A stretch of 64,000 nucleotides of DNA from an uncultured delta proteobacterium (GCA_963716725.1 CAVQUB010000008.1:288001-352000), one strand, 5' to 3'; counted from the stretch's first letter, positions 13,131 to 23,831 are shown. Notes: generated from the letters alone by a model not told the origin. Numbers and translations: made by a program.

Positions 13131-15263
13131 TCAGTTGTACGTGGGCAAGTAGGAGTACTCCTTGGCGTACTCCAGCATCTGCTTCGCAAAGTCGTCCGGA
13201 TACTCGAGCTTGACGGCCGTGACCTTCCCGTCCTTTTCCGAAGCCACGAGCTTGGGCTGGATGAAGCCGGAGAACGGCTTTGCAGGCAGCTTGCCGTAGC
13301 GTTCGAGCACCTCGGCGTGCAGCTTCTCGTCGACCTTCACGCCGTAGTCTTCGATCAGCTTCTTGCCCGCGGCCAGGTCGCCCTTGCTCTTGATGCGCTG
13401 GACTTCTTTGAGCAACTCGCCCCACAGCGCGCGGAGGGCGTCGTAGTCCCGGATCACGAAGTAGGTCTTGCCGTCTTTTTCGACCTTCTCGATGACGTTC
13501 TTTGCCTTGCCCTTTTCATAGGCCCACCAGCAGATCATGGCGCGATTGCGCATATGGGACTGCTCGATGCTCGCGCCCTTCTTGATCCGCGCCAGCTGTA
13601 CCAAGAGGCCGCCACGCACGTAGCTGTCGTAGGCAGCCTTGCCCACTTCCATGGACTTCATCACGCCCAGGTCCATCAGCTTCTTGTCCATCACGTAGTA
13701 GAGGCCGACCAGGTCTGCGCGTGCTTCTTCCAGCGCCGAACCGTAGTTCTTCAGCGCTTCGCCCGAGACACCGTCTTCCAACTGCCCCGAGGCGTGGCCG
13801 ATCACTTCGTGCATGTCCACCTTGAGGTTCTGCCCCTCGGTACCGTGCTCTTTGGCCAGTTGGATCTCCTCCGGGGAGAACGCGAACTCATTGAGCACGC
13901 CGCTGTCTTTCGCAGCCTCGTCGTAGGCGTCCACGATGTTGCCTAGGAAGACCGACTTGGAACCAGCTTCTTTGCGGATCCAGTCGGCGTTCGGCAGGTT
14001 GATGCCGATCGGCGTCGTGGGCGCAGCGTCGCCGCTCTCCACGATCACGGTGATCACCTTTGCAGAAATGCCGACGACCTTCTGCTTCTTGTGCTCTGGC
14101 GCGATCGGCGAGCTATCCTCGAACCACTGGGCCGCGTCGCCGATGGTCGCAATGCGCTTGGAACGCACCATGTCCTTCAGGCTGACTACGGACTCGTAGG
14201 TGGCGCGGTAGCCCAGCGGGTCGCCGTAGGTCTCGATGAAGCCGTTGACGACGTCGATGCGTGATTCCGTGTCTTTGACCCACGCGACGCTGTAGTCGTC
14301 GAAGTCTTTGAGGTCGCCGCTCTTGTAGTACTTCACCAAGAGTTCCAAGGCCGTCCGCTGCTTGTCGTTTTCGGCGACAGCAACCGCCTTCTCCAGCCAG
14401 TGCACCATCTTTTCGATGGCGGCGGAGTACATGCCCCCGACTTTCCAGGTTTTTTCGACCAGCTTGCCATCCTCTTTGGTCAGCTTGGAGTTGAGTCCGT
14501 AGCTGATGGGTCGCGTGTCTTTCGGGTTCTTGAGCTTCTTGTAGAAGCCTTCCACTTCCTTTTGACTGACCTCGCCGTAGAAGTTGTTGGCAGAAGCCTT
14601 GATCAGATCGGCGCCCGCTTTGCGACTGACGCGCGTCGCATACTGCTTTTCGTCAAACAGGATCGTCGCAAGCTTGTCGGTCAGGGTCTTGGCGGTGAGC
14701 TTTTCCTCGGTCCCGGGCGACGGGTCGAGGGGCAGCAGCTTCGCATCGGCACCCTGGATCAATTTGGCAAGCGCGGCTTTGTCGAAGCCGGGTTCAAGCT
14801 TGGCGCTCGAAGAATTGTGGTGGATCCCGTTGTTGATCCAGATTTCCTTGGTGAATGTGAGCGCGGCTTTGTACTCGTCCGAGTCCTTTGCCGCGTAGCT
14901 CTGCAGCACGGCTTCCATGCTGCGGCGCACCAACAGGTTGAAGGCAAAGTTCTGATCGTAGGTGATGTCCCGACCAGAGATGGCAGCCTTGTACAGGTAA
15001 TAGGCGAGCTCTTTTTGTTTCGGAGTCAGGGTGTCGAAGCCCGGCACCTTGTAGCGCAGCACCTGGTGATCGCCGACGGTCTCGGTCACCGCTTTGAACG
15101 ATACCGTCGGAGCGTGATCGGGCACCGGCGGCAGGCCGGCTGCTGAGGCCGAGGGCGCGGCGGAGTTCTTCGTGGCGCCACCGGCGGCCGGCTTGTCTTC
15201 GCAGGACGGTGTGGTGAGGAGCAGGCTGCCGAAAATGATTGCGGTTCGCAGTTTCACGGGCAC
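13131..15263 (-). CDS. Dipeptidyl-peptidase III (M49), probable lipoprotein
   Basis: HEVIGH (HExxGH), EEARAD, PIGINLPNADWIR, EQSHMRNR; signal-like N-terminus ending in Cys. Start approximate. Confidence 0.9.
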   Translation of the reverse strand: MPVKLRTAIIFGSLLLTTPSCEDKPAAGGATKNSAAPSASAAGLPPVPDHAPTVSFKAVTETVGDHQVLRYKVPGFDTLTPKQKELAYYLYKAAISGRDITYDQNFAFNLLVRRSMEAVLQSYAAKDSDEYKAALTFTKEIWINNGIHHNSSSAKLEPGFDKAALAKLIQGADAKLLPLDPSPGTEEKLTAKTLTDKLATILFDEKQYATRVSRKAGADLIKASANNFYGEVSQKEVEGFYKKLKNPKDTRPISYGLNSKLTKEDGKLVEKTWKVGGMYSAAIEKMVHWLEKAVAVAENDKQRTALELLVKYYKSGDLKDFDDYSVAWVKDTESRIDVVNGFIETYGDPLGYRATYESVVSLKDMVRSKRIATIGDAAQWFEDSSPIAPEHKKQKVVGISAKVITVIVESGDAAPTTPIGINLPNADWIRKEAGSKSVFLGNIVDAYDEAAKDSGVLNEFAFSPEEIQLAKEHGTEGQNLKVDMHEVIGHASGQLEDGVSGEALKNYGSALEEARADLVGLYYVMDKKLMDLGVMKSMEVGKAAYDSYVRGGLLVQLARIKKGASIEQSHMRNRAMICWWAYEKGKAKNVIEKVEKDGKTYFVIRDYDALRALWGELLKEVQRIKSKGDLAAGKKLIEDYGVKVDEKLHAEVLERYGKLPAKPFSGFIQPKLVASEKDGKVTAVKLEYPDDFAKQMLEYAKEYSYLPTYN

Positions 15264-15316
15264 TTGGGTGCCACGGTCATGTGCCGATTGCAACGCCCGC
15301 TCCGGGCGCGCGGCAG

Positions 15317-15361
15317 GAGCCCGCAGACTCGAACTACGTTGAGTTCGATGCTGCGGGTCTC
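15317..15361. other. Intergenic stem-loop (terminator-like or binding site)
   Basis: CCCGCAG (15320-26) pairs with CTGCGGG (15351-57); TCGAACT pairs with AGTTCGA around a 6-nt loop; no U-tract. Confidence 0.5.
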
Positions 15362-15432
15362 ACGCCGACTGTTGCGGGGACGCAGCACAGCCAACCGTTT
15401 GCCCGCCACGGCGTTGCTGGGTTCACCCCGGG

Positions 15433-16704
15433 TCAGTGCCCGCCGAAGGCAGTGCCAACGCCGATGAAGAAGCTCCACGCGTCGTAGGCGACCGGAAAGG
15501 TGGAGAGCACTTCGGGATCGTTGCGGCGAATGCTGGCTCGCGCCGGGCCGTAGGCCATCTCTGCGGTCAACGAAAGCCGGCGTCCGCCCTCGACGCCGTA
15601 GTACCAGAGATTGGGGAGGCTCACGACGCCGGCGGTCAGCGATGCCTCGAAGGGGATCTTTTTGTCGCCCTGATCGCCCCGCTGGACGCGAGGCCCGCGG
15701 TTCACGGAGAAGTCTTCGGTGTGTACCGATACACTGGCTTGATGCAGCTCCGCCACCGGAGTCGCGGTGTAGGCCACGCGCGCGTCGACGTAGCGCGCGA
15801 TGTCGGTTTGCTCGAAGTGAACGGTCACGAAGTCGATCAGGTTTTGGCGGTCGGCGAGCTCGGTGATCCCCGGCGCCTGGGGCGGCACCAGCTGGAGCTT
15901 GCGGCCGTACAAGCTGCTGCGTCCGATGGTTTCGGCCAGCGAGTCCGAGAAGTAGTCGAACTGCCGCAGACCGCCCTTCAGGTAGCTCAGCTCCTTGAAC
16001 TGTTGGCCAAGCACCGTGGTCACGAAGCTCTTCAGCTCGGGCACGTCGATGTCGCCGAACACACCCTGCGAGAACACGTAACCAACGTAGGCACTGCCCA
16101 CCTTGGTGTTCAAGCTTCCGCCCACCACGCCGTCCATGTCGCCGGGCAAGATCTTGTTGAAGGTCTTCTTCCCCAACAGACGGATCGGGGACATGAACCA
16201 GGATAGAGCTGGACCCATCACCGTGGCGTAGGCGTATGTGCCGCGATTGAGCCCCTCGCCCACGACAACGGGCAGGGTGTAGCTGGCGGTGTAGAAGAAA
16301 CCGAGCGGCCCGCTGCGATACCCGAAAGCAACGTTCGAAGAGTAGAGGTCGACGTTGTTCAGCGAGATGCCGCGGAGGCAACCGCCAGTGGCCTCGGTGA
16401 TCTGTTTCTTACATCTCCCGGGGGCCTGCGCCGCGTTCAGGATGGCTCCGTACTCGAAGGCGAATAGCGCGATGCCATCCTCGGGTTCGGCGCCGAGCAG
16501 AGGGATGACGTAGCGGTCGAAGGCGCCGACCGCGCCGTACACCTGGGCGTTGGTGAGACTGGCCTGGCGAGCCGCTTCGTAACGCGTGGTCCCCTCGATC
16601 AAACCGAAGCCATCCGGCGCGAAGAAATCGCCTCCGAAGTCTTGAGCGCCGGCTGCGCTCGACCAAGAAACCAGCGCAAGGGTCGCGAGCGCGCGGCGAA
16701 TCAT
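15433..16704 (-). CDS. Hypothetical exported beta-rich protein
   Basis: Signal peptide ending AGA-Q, aromatic-rich alternating strands, C-terminus WSFFIGVGTAF; ATGA overlap with the upstream gene. Confidence 0.7.
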   Translation of the reverse strand: MIRRALATLALVSWSSAAGAQDFGGDFFAPDGFGLIEGTTRYEAARQASLTNAQVYGAVGAFDRYVIPLLGAEPEDGIALFAFEYGAILNAAQAPGRCKKQITEATGGCLRGISLNNVDLYSSNVAFGYRSGPLGFFYTASYTLPVVVGEGLNRGTYAYATVMGPALSWFMSPIRLLGKKTFNKILPGDMDGVVGGSLNTKVGSAYVGYVFSQGVFGDIDVPELKSFVTTVLGQQFKELSYLKGGLRQFDYFSDSLAETIGRSSLYGRKLQLVPPQAPGITELADRQNLIDFVTVHFEQTDIARYVDARVAYTATPVAELHQASVSVHTEDFSVNRGPRVQRGDQGDKKIPFEASLTAGVVSLPNLWYYGVEGGRRLSLTAEMAYGPARASIRRNDPEVLSTFPVAYDAWSFFIGVGTAFGGH

Positions 16705-17090
16705 TCGGCCCCCGCGTCGCTCGGCGCCGACTTGTTCTCCACCACCAAATCGCAGCCGTTTCCGTACGCCAACCATGCGTCGAGGTCGTCGCCGAACTTC
16801 TCCACGTCAGCGCAACTGAGCTTCCGCAGGCTGATGGCGCAACCGAAGAGTGCCTCGTCGTTCACGTCGAGCTTGGCGATGCAACGGTACTGATCTCGGA
16901 AGCGCTCGTAGCGCGCGTTGCCGAGCTCGGTATCGTCGGTGCACGTCAGGGTGCGGTTGGCGATGGAGAACCCGGTTTCCTGGCAGACGTCGTCGGGCTC
17001 CAGCTCTTCGTAGCCCTTGCAGGTGAGGAGCAGCGACACCACGAACGCGGCGAGCAACAGCTCACTGCGACTCCGAGCGGTTTTTCCCAT
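16701..17090 (-). CDS. Small Cys-rich lipoprotein
   Basis: Lipobox LLTC plus 6 further Cys. Confidence 0.7.
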   Translation of the reverse strand: MGKTARSRSELLLAAFVVSLLLTCKGYEELEPDDVCQETGFSIANRTLTCTDDTELGNARYERFRDQYRCIAKLDVNDEALFGCAISLRKLSCADVEKFGDDLDAWLAYGNGCDLVVENKSAPSDAGAE

Positions 17091-17302
17091 CGTGGGAGCC
17101 CTTCTTTCACGAACGAAGGCCCAAGCGCAATCGGGATGTTCAGGGGGGTACGCTCACAACGCTCACAGTGTGGGCATCGCCAGGAGCTGAACCCACCATC
17201 GACTCGATGTCGCCGATCTCCGCGCCGTCATCCGCGCGCACCCTCGCCCGTGAAGCCTCCAAGGAGAGGGCGTTGTCCTCAGGGTGGTGCTAGAAATCGA
17301 GA

Positions 17303-18046
17303 ATGATCAGCGAACGAGCTTGGCTTGCGGTGGGACTCTCGATGGCGCTGCTCGGCGCCTGCGGCGGCGAGACGGGCTCCGACGGCGGCGGTGGCACTGG
17401 TGGCACCACCGCCAGCGGTGGCGGCACTGGTGGCGGGACAGCAGGCTCGGGTGGCAGCGGTGGCACGAGCGGCTGCGGCCCCATGCCGGGCGCCATGGAC
17501 TGCATGACCTGCTCCGGCGAGCTGATCGGCCCCGAGTGCAAGAACGGAAGCTGGAGCTGCCCGCCGCAAGGCTGCGTCGACGCGGGGCCCTGTGGTCCCC
17601 TGCCGGGCCCCATGGACTGCGAGGGCTGCAACGGGTTCACCAGCCCGGTGTGCGAGAACGGTAGCTGGACCTGTCCGCCCTTGAACTGTCCGGACGCCGG
17701 CCCCGACGGGGCGACCTGCAGCGCCGGTCACGTTCCGACCATCGATGGCTGTCTGAGCTGCGTGCAGGCCTCGACCAAGCTCGGTCAGCTGATCGAAGCT
17801 GCGCGCGCCAAGAACGCGAGCTGCAGCACCGAGCTGGACTGCGTGATGACCGGATCGGCCACGGCCTGCAATGGCTCCTGCGGCGTTGCCGTCAGCAAGG
17901 CCGGCGAGGCGGCGTTTCAGGCGGCGCTCACCAAGATCGACACCGGCTACTGCGCAGGGTTCGTGCCCGTCTGCGGGTACTCGACACCCAAGTGCGCGAT
18001 GCCGACCTTGGTCTGCAACGCGGGTCAGTGCGAGGCGAAGTACTGA
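17303..18046 (+). CDS. Cys-rich lipoprotein with internal repeats
   Basis: Lipobox LGAC, Gly linker, two CGP(M/L)PG.MDC..C.G....P.C.NGSW.CPP repeats. Confidence 0.8.
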   Translation: MISERAWLAVGLSMALLGACGGETGSDGGGGTGGTTASGGGTGGGTAGSGGSGGTSGCGPMPGAMDCMTCSGELIGPECKNGSWSCPPQGCVDAGPCGPLPGPMDCEGCNGFTSPVCENGSWTCPPLNCPDAGPDGATCSAGHVPTIDGCLSCVQASTKLGQLIEAARAKNASCSTELDCVMTGSATACNGSCGVAVSKAGEAAFQAALTKIDTGYCAGFVPVCGYSTPKCAMPTLVCNAGQCEAKY

Positions 18047-18050
18047 CCGG

Positions 18051-19085
18051 TCAGAACGCGAACGGCACGTCGATCTGGATGATGTGGTTCGAGTCGTACC
18101 TGTCGGAGTCGCCCATGGGCTTGTCGATGAAGCGCGCGTAGGCGATGCCGGGACGGATCCACATGCTCTCACCCATCTTCAGGTGCACACGCGGACCGAC
18201 GGCGAAGCTCAGGTTGTCTTTGAGGCTGTCCCTGAGCTCGACCGGCGGCGTCTTGGGCGTCGAGAGCCAGCGCTGGTAGTTGAGCTCGGCGCCCAGCGAC
18301 AGCTCCGGGATCACGAAGTAGCCGACGTGCAGACCCGCCGTCAGGTTGGTCTTCGAGCTGTCTTTCTCGATGTCCTTGGCCTTCATGCGCATCAGCTGCA
18401 GGACGGTGACCTCAGCTTGCACGGTGAGCCCGCTGGCGACGTAGGCGAAGCCGACGCCGGGGAAGGGCGTCAGGTAGTTGGTCGCGAACATGGCGTTGTC
18501 CATGTACCGGCGCGCGGCCATGCCCGCGCCGAGCGCGGCGGCCTTCTCCGGCTTCGGGTCGTCGCCGCCGTTCGAGCCCAGCGGCAGCGCCAAGCCGAGG
18601 AACAGCCCGAGCTTCATCTCGGGGCTGAGCGCCAGGCCGTAGAGCCCACCTACCACCGGGTTCAAGAACGCGGCGCCGCTGTCGCCGGCGGGCGGCGAGT
18701 GAGTGACGTAGCCGAGCCGTACCAGCGGCGCGAAATTGTCCGTGACCTTGTAGGAGAACAGCAACGACGTCGCGATGACGGAGCCACCCGAGTCCGCTCC
18801 CTTCGGCTTGTACATTTGAAGCGACGTGTCGAGTCGCGCCACGTTGCCGGGCGCGATCGGTCGGAGCTGCCACGGCAGCGAGTACGGGGGCTTCTTGGGC
18901 TTCGCATCCGCTGCCGGCGCGGGCGTGGTGGGCGCAGTCTCGGCGGGCGCAGTCTCGGCGGCGGGCTCCGCAGGCGCGGCTTCCGTCGCGGGAGCGCCCC
19001 CGGTGGGGGGCGCTTCTTCCTCGGCGTTGGCCACGGACGCAGTCGCGAGACTGATCAAGAGAACGGGAACGAATGCAGATCTCAT
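18051..19085 (-). CDS. Putative outer-membrane beta-barrel protein
   Basis: AGGAGG RBS, signal peptide, Pro/Ala linker, amphipathic strands, terminal Phe. Confidence 0.7.
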   Translation of the reverse strand: MRSAFVPVLLISLATASVANAEEEAPPTGGAPATEAAPAEPAAETAPAETAPTTPAPAADAKPKKPPYSLPWQLRPIAPGNVARLDTSLQMYKPKGADSGGSVIATSLLFSYKVTDNFAPLVRLGYVTHSPPAGDSGAAFLNPVVGGLYGLALSPEMKLGLFLGLALPLGSNGGDDPKPEKAAALGAGMAARRYMDNAMFATNYLTPFPGVGFAYVASGLTVQAEVTVLQLMRMKAKDIEKDSSKTNLTAGLHVGYFVIPELSLGAELNYQRWLSTPKTPPVELRDSLKDNLSFAVGPRVHLKMGESMWIRPGIAYARFIDKPMGDSDRYDSNHIIQIDVPFAF

Positions 19086-19118
19086 GTGGGGACGACCTCC
19101 TGAACTCGCGCGCCGCCC

Positions 19119-19135
19119 TACAAGTCTCGTGCCAG
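19119..19135 (-). promoter_or_regulatory. Putative sigma54 (-24/-12) promoter
   Basis: CTGGCACGAGACTTGTA compared with consensus YTGGCACG-N4-TTGCW; 34 nt upstream of the 19085 start. Confidence 0.55.
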
Positions 19136-19226
19136 TGCGTGCGGGCACTTTTGTCCGCATTTGCCGGCGTCATGGATACTCAATGGACGCAAAGGTCGAC
19201 TGCGCTCCCGCAGGATCTGCGTGAAA

Positions 19227-21051
19227 TCACTCCGCGGCGGCCCCGGCGCCCCGCGCGAACTGCAGCTCGTGGAGCCGCGCGTAGAGCCCATTGTGCTCGA
19301 GCAATTCCTGGTGCGTTCCTTGCTCCACCACGCGACCCTTGTGGAAGACGACGATGCGATCCGCGCGCCGGATGGTCGAGAGCCGATGGGCGATCACGAT
19401 CGCCGTGCGGTCCTTCAACAGCTCGTCCAGGGCGCGCTGGATCCGCGACTCCGTGTCGCTGTCGATGTTCGCGGTCGCCTCGTCCAAAATCAGGATCGGT
19501 GCGTCGCGATAGAGCGCGCGAGACAGCGCGATGAGTTGGCGCTCGCCCGCGCTGAAATTTGCGCCGTGCTCGTCGACCGGCGTGTCGATGCCCTTGGGGC
19601 GACGCTCGAACAGGTCGAGAGCGCCCATTCGATCGAGGGCCTGGCGCACGCGGTCGCGATCCGGTGGCTCGCCCGCGGCGACGTTGGTCGCGACGGTGCC
19701 CGGGAACAGATACACGTCCTGCGGCACCACGGCGAAACGACGCCTGAGCTCGGCCCGCGAGAGCCCTGCCACGTCGTCGCCGTCGACACGTACGACTCCG
19801 GTGCCGCCGTCGTAGAGCCTGAGCAAGAGCTGGGTGATCGGTGCTCTTGCCGGCACCGGTCGGACCCACCAACGCGATCCGCTCGCCGCGCCGTGCCACG
19901 AAGCTCACGTCCTTGAGCACCGGCGACCCGGGCTTGTAGCCGAAGGTCACGTTCTCGAACGCCAGGGCGATCTCCCGGTCGCCGGCCTCGGTGGCAGGCC
20001 CCTTGGGCGCGTCGCGCTCGGCCTCTCCGGATCCGTCGATCAGCCCGAAGATGCGTTCGGCGCCGGCCATGGCGCTCTGGAGCAAGGTGAAGCGCATCGC
20101 GAGGGCGCTGACGGGCTCGAAGAACTGGACCACGTAGGCGTTGAACGCCACCACGGTACCGAAGCTCACCCGGTGGTAGCCAAAGGCCACCACGATGGAC
20201 GCCAGGCAGACCGCGGTGATCATCTCGATGGCAGCGTCCTGCATGGCCTCGAATTTGATGCTCGAAATGTTCGCGTCCCGGTACGCGCGATTGATCGAGT
20301 CGAACTCGTCCGCCGCGCGATCTTCGCGCCGAAAGGCCTGCACCACGCCCATGCCCGCGACCTGCTCGTTCATGGTCGCGTTCATGCGGGCGGTCTTGGC
20401 GCGGATCTCGCGGAAGGCCTCGCGCATGCGACGGCGCACCACCGCCATCAGCACGACGATGAGGGGTGTGGCCGCGAAGGTGATCAGCGAGAGCCGCCAG
20501 TCGAGCAGCAGCATGAGCACGATGATGCCGACCAACCGCACTAGATCGCCGACGGCCGACATTGCGCCCGAGGCGAACAGCTCGAGGATGGCGTCGACGT
20601 CGTTGGTGACGCGGGTCACGAGGCGCCCGACCGGCTGCCGGTCGAAATAAGCCATGCGCAGCCGGTGGAGGAAGACGAAGATGTCGCGGCGCAGATCCGA
20701 AGTGGCACGCGCACCCAGGATCTGCGTGGCGTAGACCTGCACGTAGAGCAGCACCTGCTCGACGATCACCAAGCCCGCCAGCGCGACGCCGCCGCGCAGC
20801 AGCACGCCCGCATCTCCAGCGAGCACGCCGTTGTCGATGGCGTCCAGCATCACGAGGGGCCGCAAGAGAGACGTCGCGGCCGTGACCAACACGCCGCCCA
20901 GGGCCAGAAAGAGCAGCTTCCGGTGCGGCACGATGTAGGGCCAGAGGCGCGCTATCAGCCGGCGGTCGTAGACCTTGCCGAGGGAGCCCTCCTCGTGAAA
21001 GGCCTTGAGCAGATCCTCGGTGCGCTCTTGGGCCGTGAGCTCCTTGCTCAT
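19227..21051 (-). CDS. ABC exporter TMD-NBD subunit B (frameshift near 19840)
   Basis: MSKELTAQ..., GRLVTRVTNDVD, GPTGAGKST; then a second frame gives FSAGERQL and ILDEATANID. Confidence 0.88.
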
Positions 21052-22864
21052 GGCGCCGCCGCCTGCCGGCTCGAAGGCACGATCTCTTCTTCGCCGAGGC
21101 GTGCGAGCTCCTGCTCGATGCGCTGCTCTTCGGCGAAGATCGCGTACACGCCGCCGGCCCGGACCAGCTCGTCGTGGGTTCCCCGTTCGACCACTCGGCC
21201 CCGGTCGAGCACGATGATCTGGTCGCAGCGCGCCGCGGCCGCCACCCGGTGGGTGATCAGGATCAGTCCGCGCTCGAGCTTCTGCCGCTCGATGGCCTCG
21301 AGGATGCCCTTCTCGGTGCGGGAGTCCACGGCCGACAGCGGATCGTCGAGCACCAAGATCTTGGGTTGGCTGACGAAGGCCCGGGCCAGGGCCACGCGCT
21401 GCCTTTGGCCGCCGGAGAGCTGAACGCCGCGCTCTCCGACCACGGTGTCGAACCCGTCGGGCAGGCCCAGGACCTCGTCCAGGATGTGCGCTTCGCGCGC
21501 CGCTTCGCGCACGGTGAGCAGGCTCGCAGGCGAGTCGGGATCGTCGAGCGCGTAGCCGATGTTTCGGCCGATGGTCGTCGAGAACAGGAAGGCGGTCTGC
21601 TGGGCGTAGCCCACGGCGCCTGCGCACGCTCTCCAGCGGCAGGTCGCACACGTCCTTGCCGTCGAGGAAGATGGCGCCCCGCGGCGTGGGCTGCAGGCGC
21701 GGCAGGAGCACTGCCAGCGTGCTCTTGCCGCTGCCGGTGCGACCGACGATGGCCAGCGAGCGTGCCGGCCGGCACCTCGAAGCTCACGTTCGAGAGCACG
21801 ACGTCGTCGCCGTAGGCAAAGGAGAGATCCCTCACCTCGAGGTCGCCCTTCGAGCCGCGGCGGGAGCGCGAGCGCGCCGTCGACGATGTCCGGCTGGGCT
21901 TCGAAGACTCTCTTCCAGGCGCGCGTAGGAAGCGCGACCGCGCTGCACCAGGCCCACCAAGAAGCCGAGCGCGATCAGCGGCCAGGTCAGCCGGGCGAGC
22001 GCTCGGTAGAACGCCAGGAATCCGCCGGCGCTGAGCTCGCCCTGGAGCATCAGGTGTCCGCCGTACCAAAACACCACCAAGATCCCCACGGTGGTGATGG
22101 CGCTCATGATCGGTCCCATGCTGCCCCGAAGGCGCGCGAGCGAGAGCGTCTTGTCGTAGTAGTGCTGGTTCTGCTTCTCGAAGCGCGCGAGCTCGCTGTC
22201 TTCCAGCGAGAACGACTTGACCACGCGCATGCCCGCGATGCTCGACTGCACCATCTCGCTCATCTGGCCGAGGCTGTCTTGGTAGTCCTTCTGGCGGGTG
22301 AAGATCTGGCGTGAGAAGTGCCGAGTCACCAGCAGCAAGATGGGCAAGGTCGAGAGCGACGCCGCCGTCAACTTCCACGACAAGCTCATCGTCACCGCGA
22401 GGGAGCTGACGAGCGCGAACACGGTGTTGATCACGTTCAGGACGCCGAAGCCGAGCAAGAGGCGCACCTGAGCCAGGTCGTTGGTCACCCGGCTCATGAT
22501 CTCGCCGGTGCTCATGTGTCGATAGAACGACGGCCCGAGCTTCTGCAACCGATCGAGCATGGCCCGACGCAGCTCGTACTCCGCGATGCGACCTCCGTTG
22601 AAGACCGCGACTCGCGAGAGGACGCGGATCACGAAGCGACCCGAGCGCGACCCCGATCAGCGCGAACCCGAGCCAGGTCGCTGCCAGGTGCGAGCCGTCC
22701 ATGGCGAAGTTGATCGCGTGCATCAGCCGCGTGTCGAACCAGTACTGGGCGGCCTGGTAGGCCGCGATCAGCACCAGCCCCACGCCGTAGCGCGGCAGCT
22801 GGCGCACGAAGTGGGCACCGAGCGTGACCGGGATCTTCGATGGATGAGGGCTCGGGCGAACCAT
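21048..22864 (-). CDS. ABC exporter TMD-NBD subunit A (about five +1 frameshifts)
   Basis: Pieces in successive frames: GEIMSRVTNDL, GRTGSGKST, VGERGVQLSGGQRQR, LDDPLSAVD. Confidence 0.85.
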
Positions 22865-22945
22865 GCGGGGCGGGACGCGTGTTCTACCAGGCGTGGGCCA
22901 CGCTGGCGTGTCCGAGGCTCTGGGGCTCGATACCGCGCAGCCGGA

Positions 22946-23614
22946 TCAGCTCTTGGCGCTGACCAAACCGAGCAGAATGGCCGCCTTGGTGAGCGCGGCG
23001 GTGCCCTGCACGTTCAGCTTGCGCATCAGTCGCTCGCGGTGCGTCTCGACGGTGCGCACGCTGATCCCGAGCTCGTCGGCGATCTGCTTATTCGTGTTGC
23101 CGTCGGCGATCAACGTCAAGACCTGGAGCTCACGTCGTGAGAGCGAACTCCGATTCGAGCTCGGCGGCGGCGTGACCGAATCACGAGCAACGAGCACCTG
23201 TCGCACCCCGGTGTCGGCATCTGCTCGGAGCTGATCCAACGTGGCGATCAGCGCCTCCCTGCCCGCGTCTCCGTCCAAGAAGGCGTTGGCGCCTGCCTTG
23301 GCGAGCAGCTTGGGATCCGGGTGCGCCGGGTCGAGGCCCATCACGAGCACTGCGACGTCGGCGAACTTCGCCTTCAGCACGCGCACGAGAGCGATTGGGT
23401 CGGCGGCGGAGCGAGACAGCAGCACGACGAAGACGTCCGGCCGCAGGTGCACGGCGCGACCCACTGCGTCTTGGGTGTTCGACGCGGTAGCGATGACCTC
23501 GATACCTGGAGCGTCTTTCAGGAAGCTCTTGAGGCCCGCGAGGACCACCGGGTGGTCGTCGATGAGCATCACGCGCAAGCGGTCTTCTCGGACGGTGAGT
23601 TTTGTGGCTTGCAT
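22946..23614 (-). CDS. NarL/LuxR-family response regulator with atypical receiver
   Basis: IDDHPVV receiver start; LSRRELQVL...NKQIADELGISVRTVETHR HTH. Start approximate. Confidence 0.85.
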   Translation of the reverse strand: MQATKLTVREDRLRVMLIDDHPVVLAGLKSFLKDAPGIEVIATASNTQDAVGRAVHLRPDVFVVLLSRSAADPIALVRVLKAKFADVAVLVMGLDPAHPDPKLLAKAGANAFLDGDAGREALIATLDQLRADADTGVRQVLVARDSVTPPPSSNRSSLSRRELQVLTLIADGNTNKQIADELGISVRTVETHRERLMRKLNVQGTAALTKAAILLGLVSAKS

Positions 23615-23831
23615 CGGGGGGATCGGCTTTGCGACCGCCGACGAGCGTGGCCTTGTCACGCAGCAGGGTCAAGTCGCCGGCGTGACGGTCGTCATGTGCT
23701 CGATCCGGGCGCTTCGCGGGGTAGCACCGCGCCGGGCGCGGTGAGCGATAGGGCGACACTGTGGCCAAGTGTGAACCCCGTAACCACCAGGGCTGCTCGC
23801 CGCACTGGCTTCCGCTCGAAGCCGCCCGGCC

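Noticed and set aside
19227..22864. ABC exporter as true pseudogenes or programmed frameshifting
   Set aside because: All motifs are intact, there are no nonsense codons and no slippery sites; sequencing insertions are the simpler explanation.
23725..23743. GC palindrome CACCGCGCC-G-GGCGCGGTG as a riboswitch or ncRNA
   Set aside because: Almost entirely G/C and plausible by chance; no recognisable RNA family motif.
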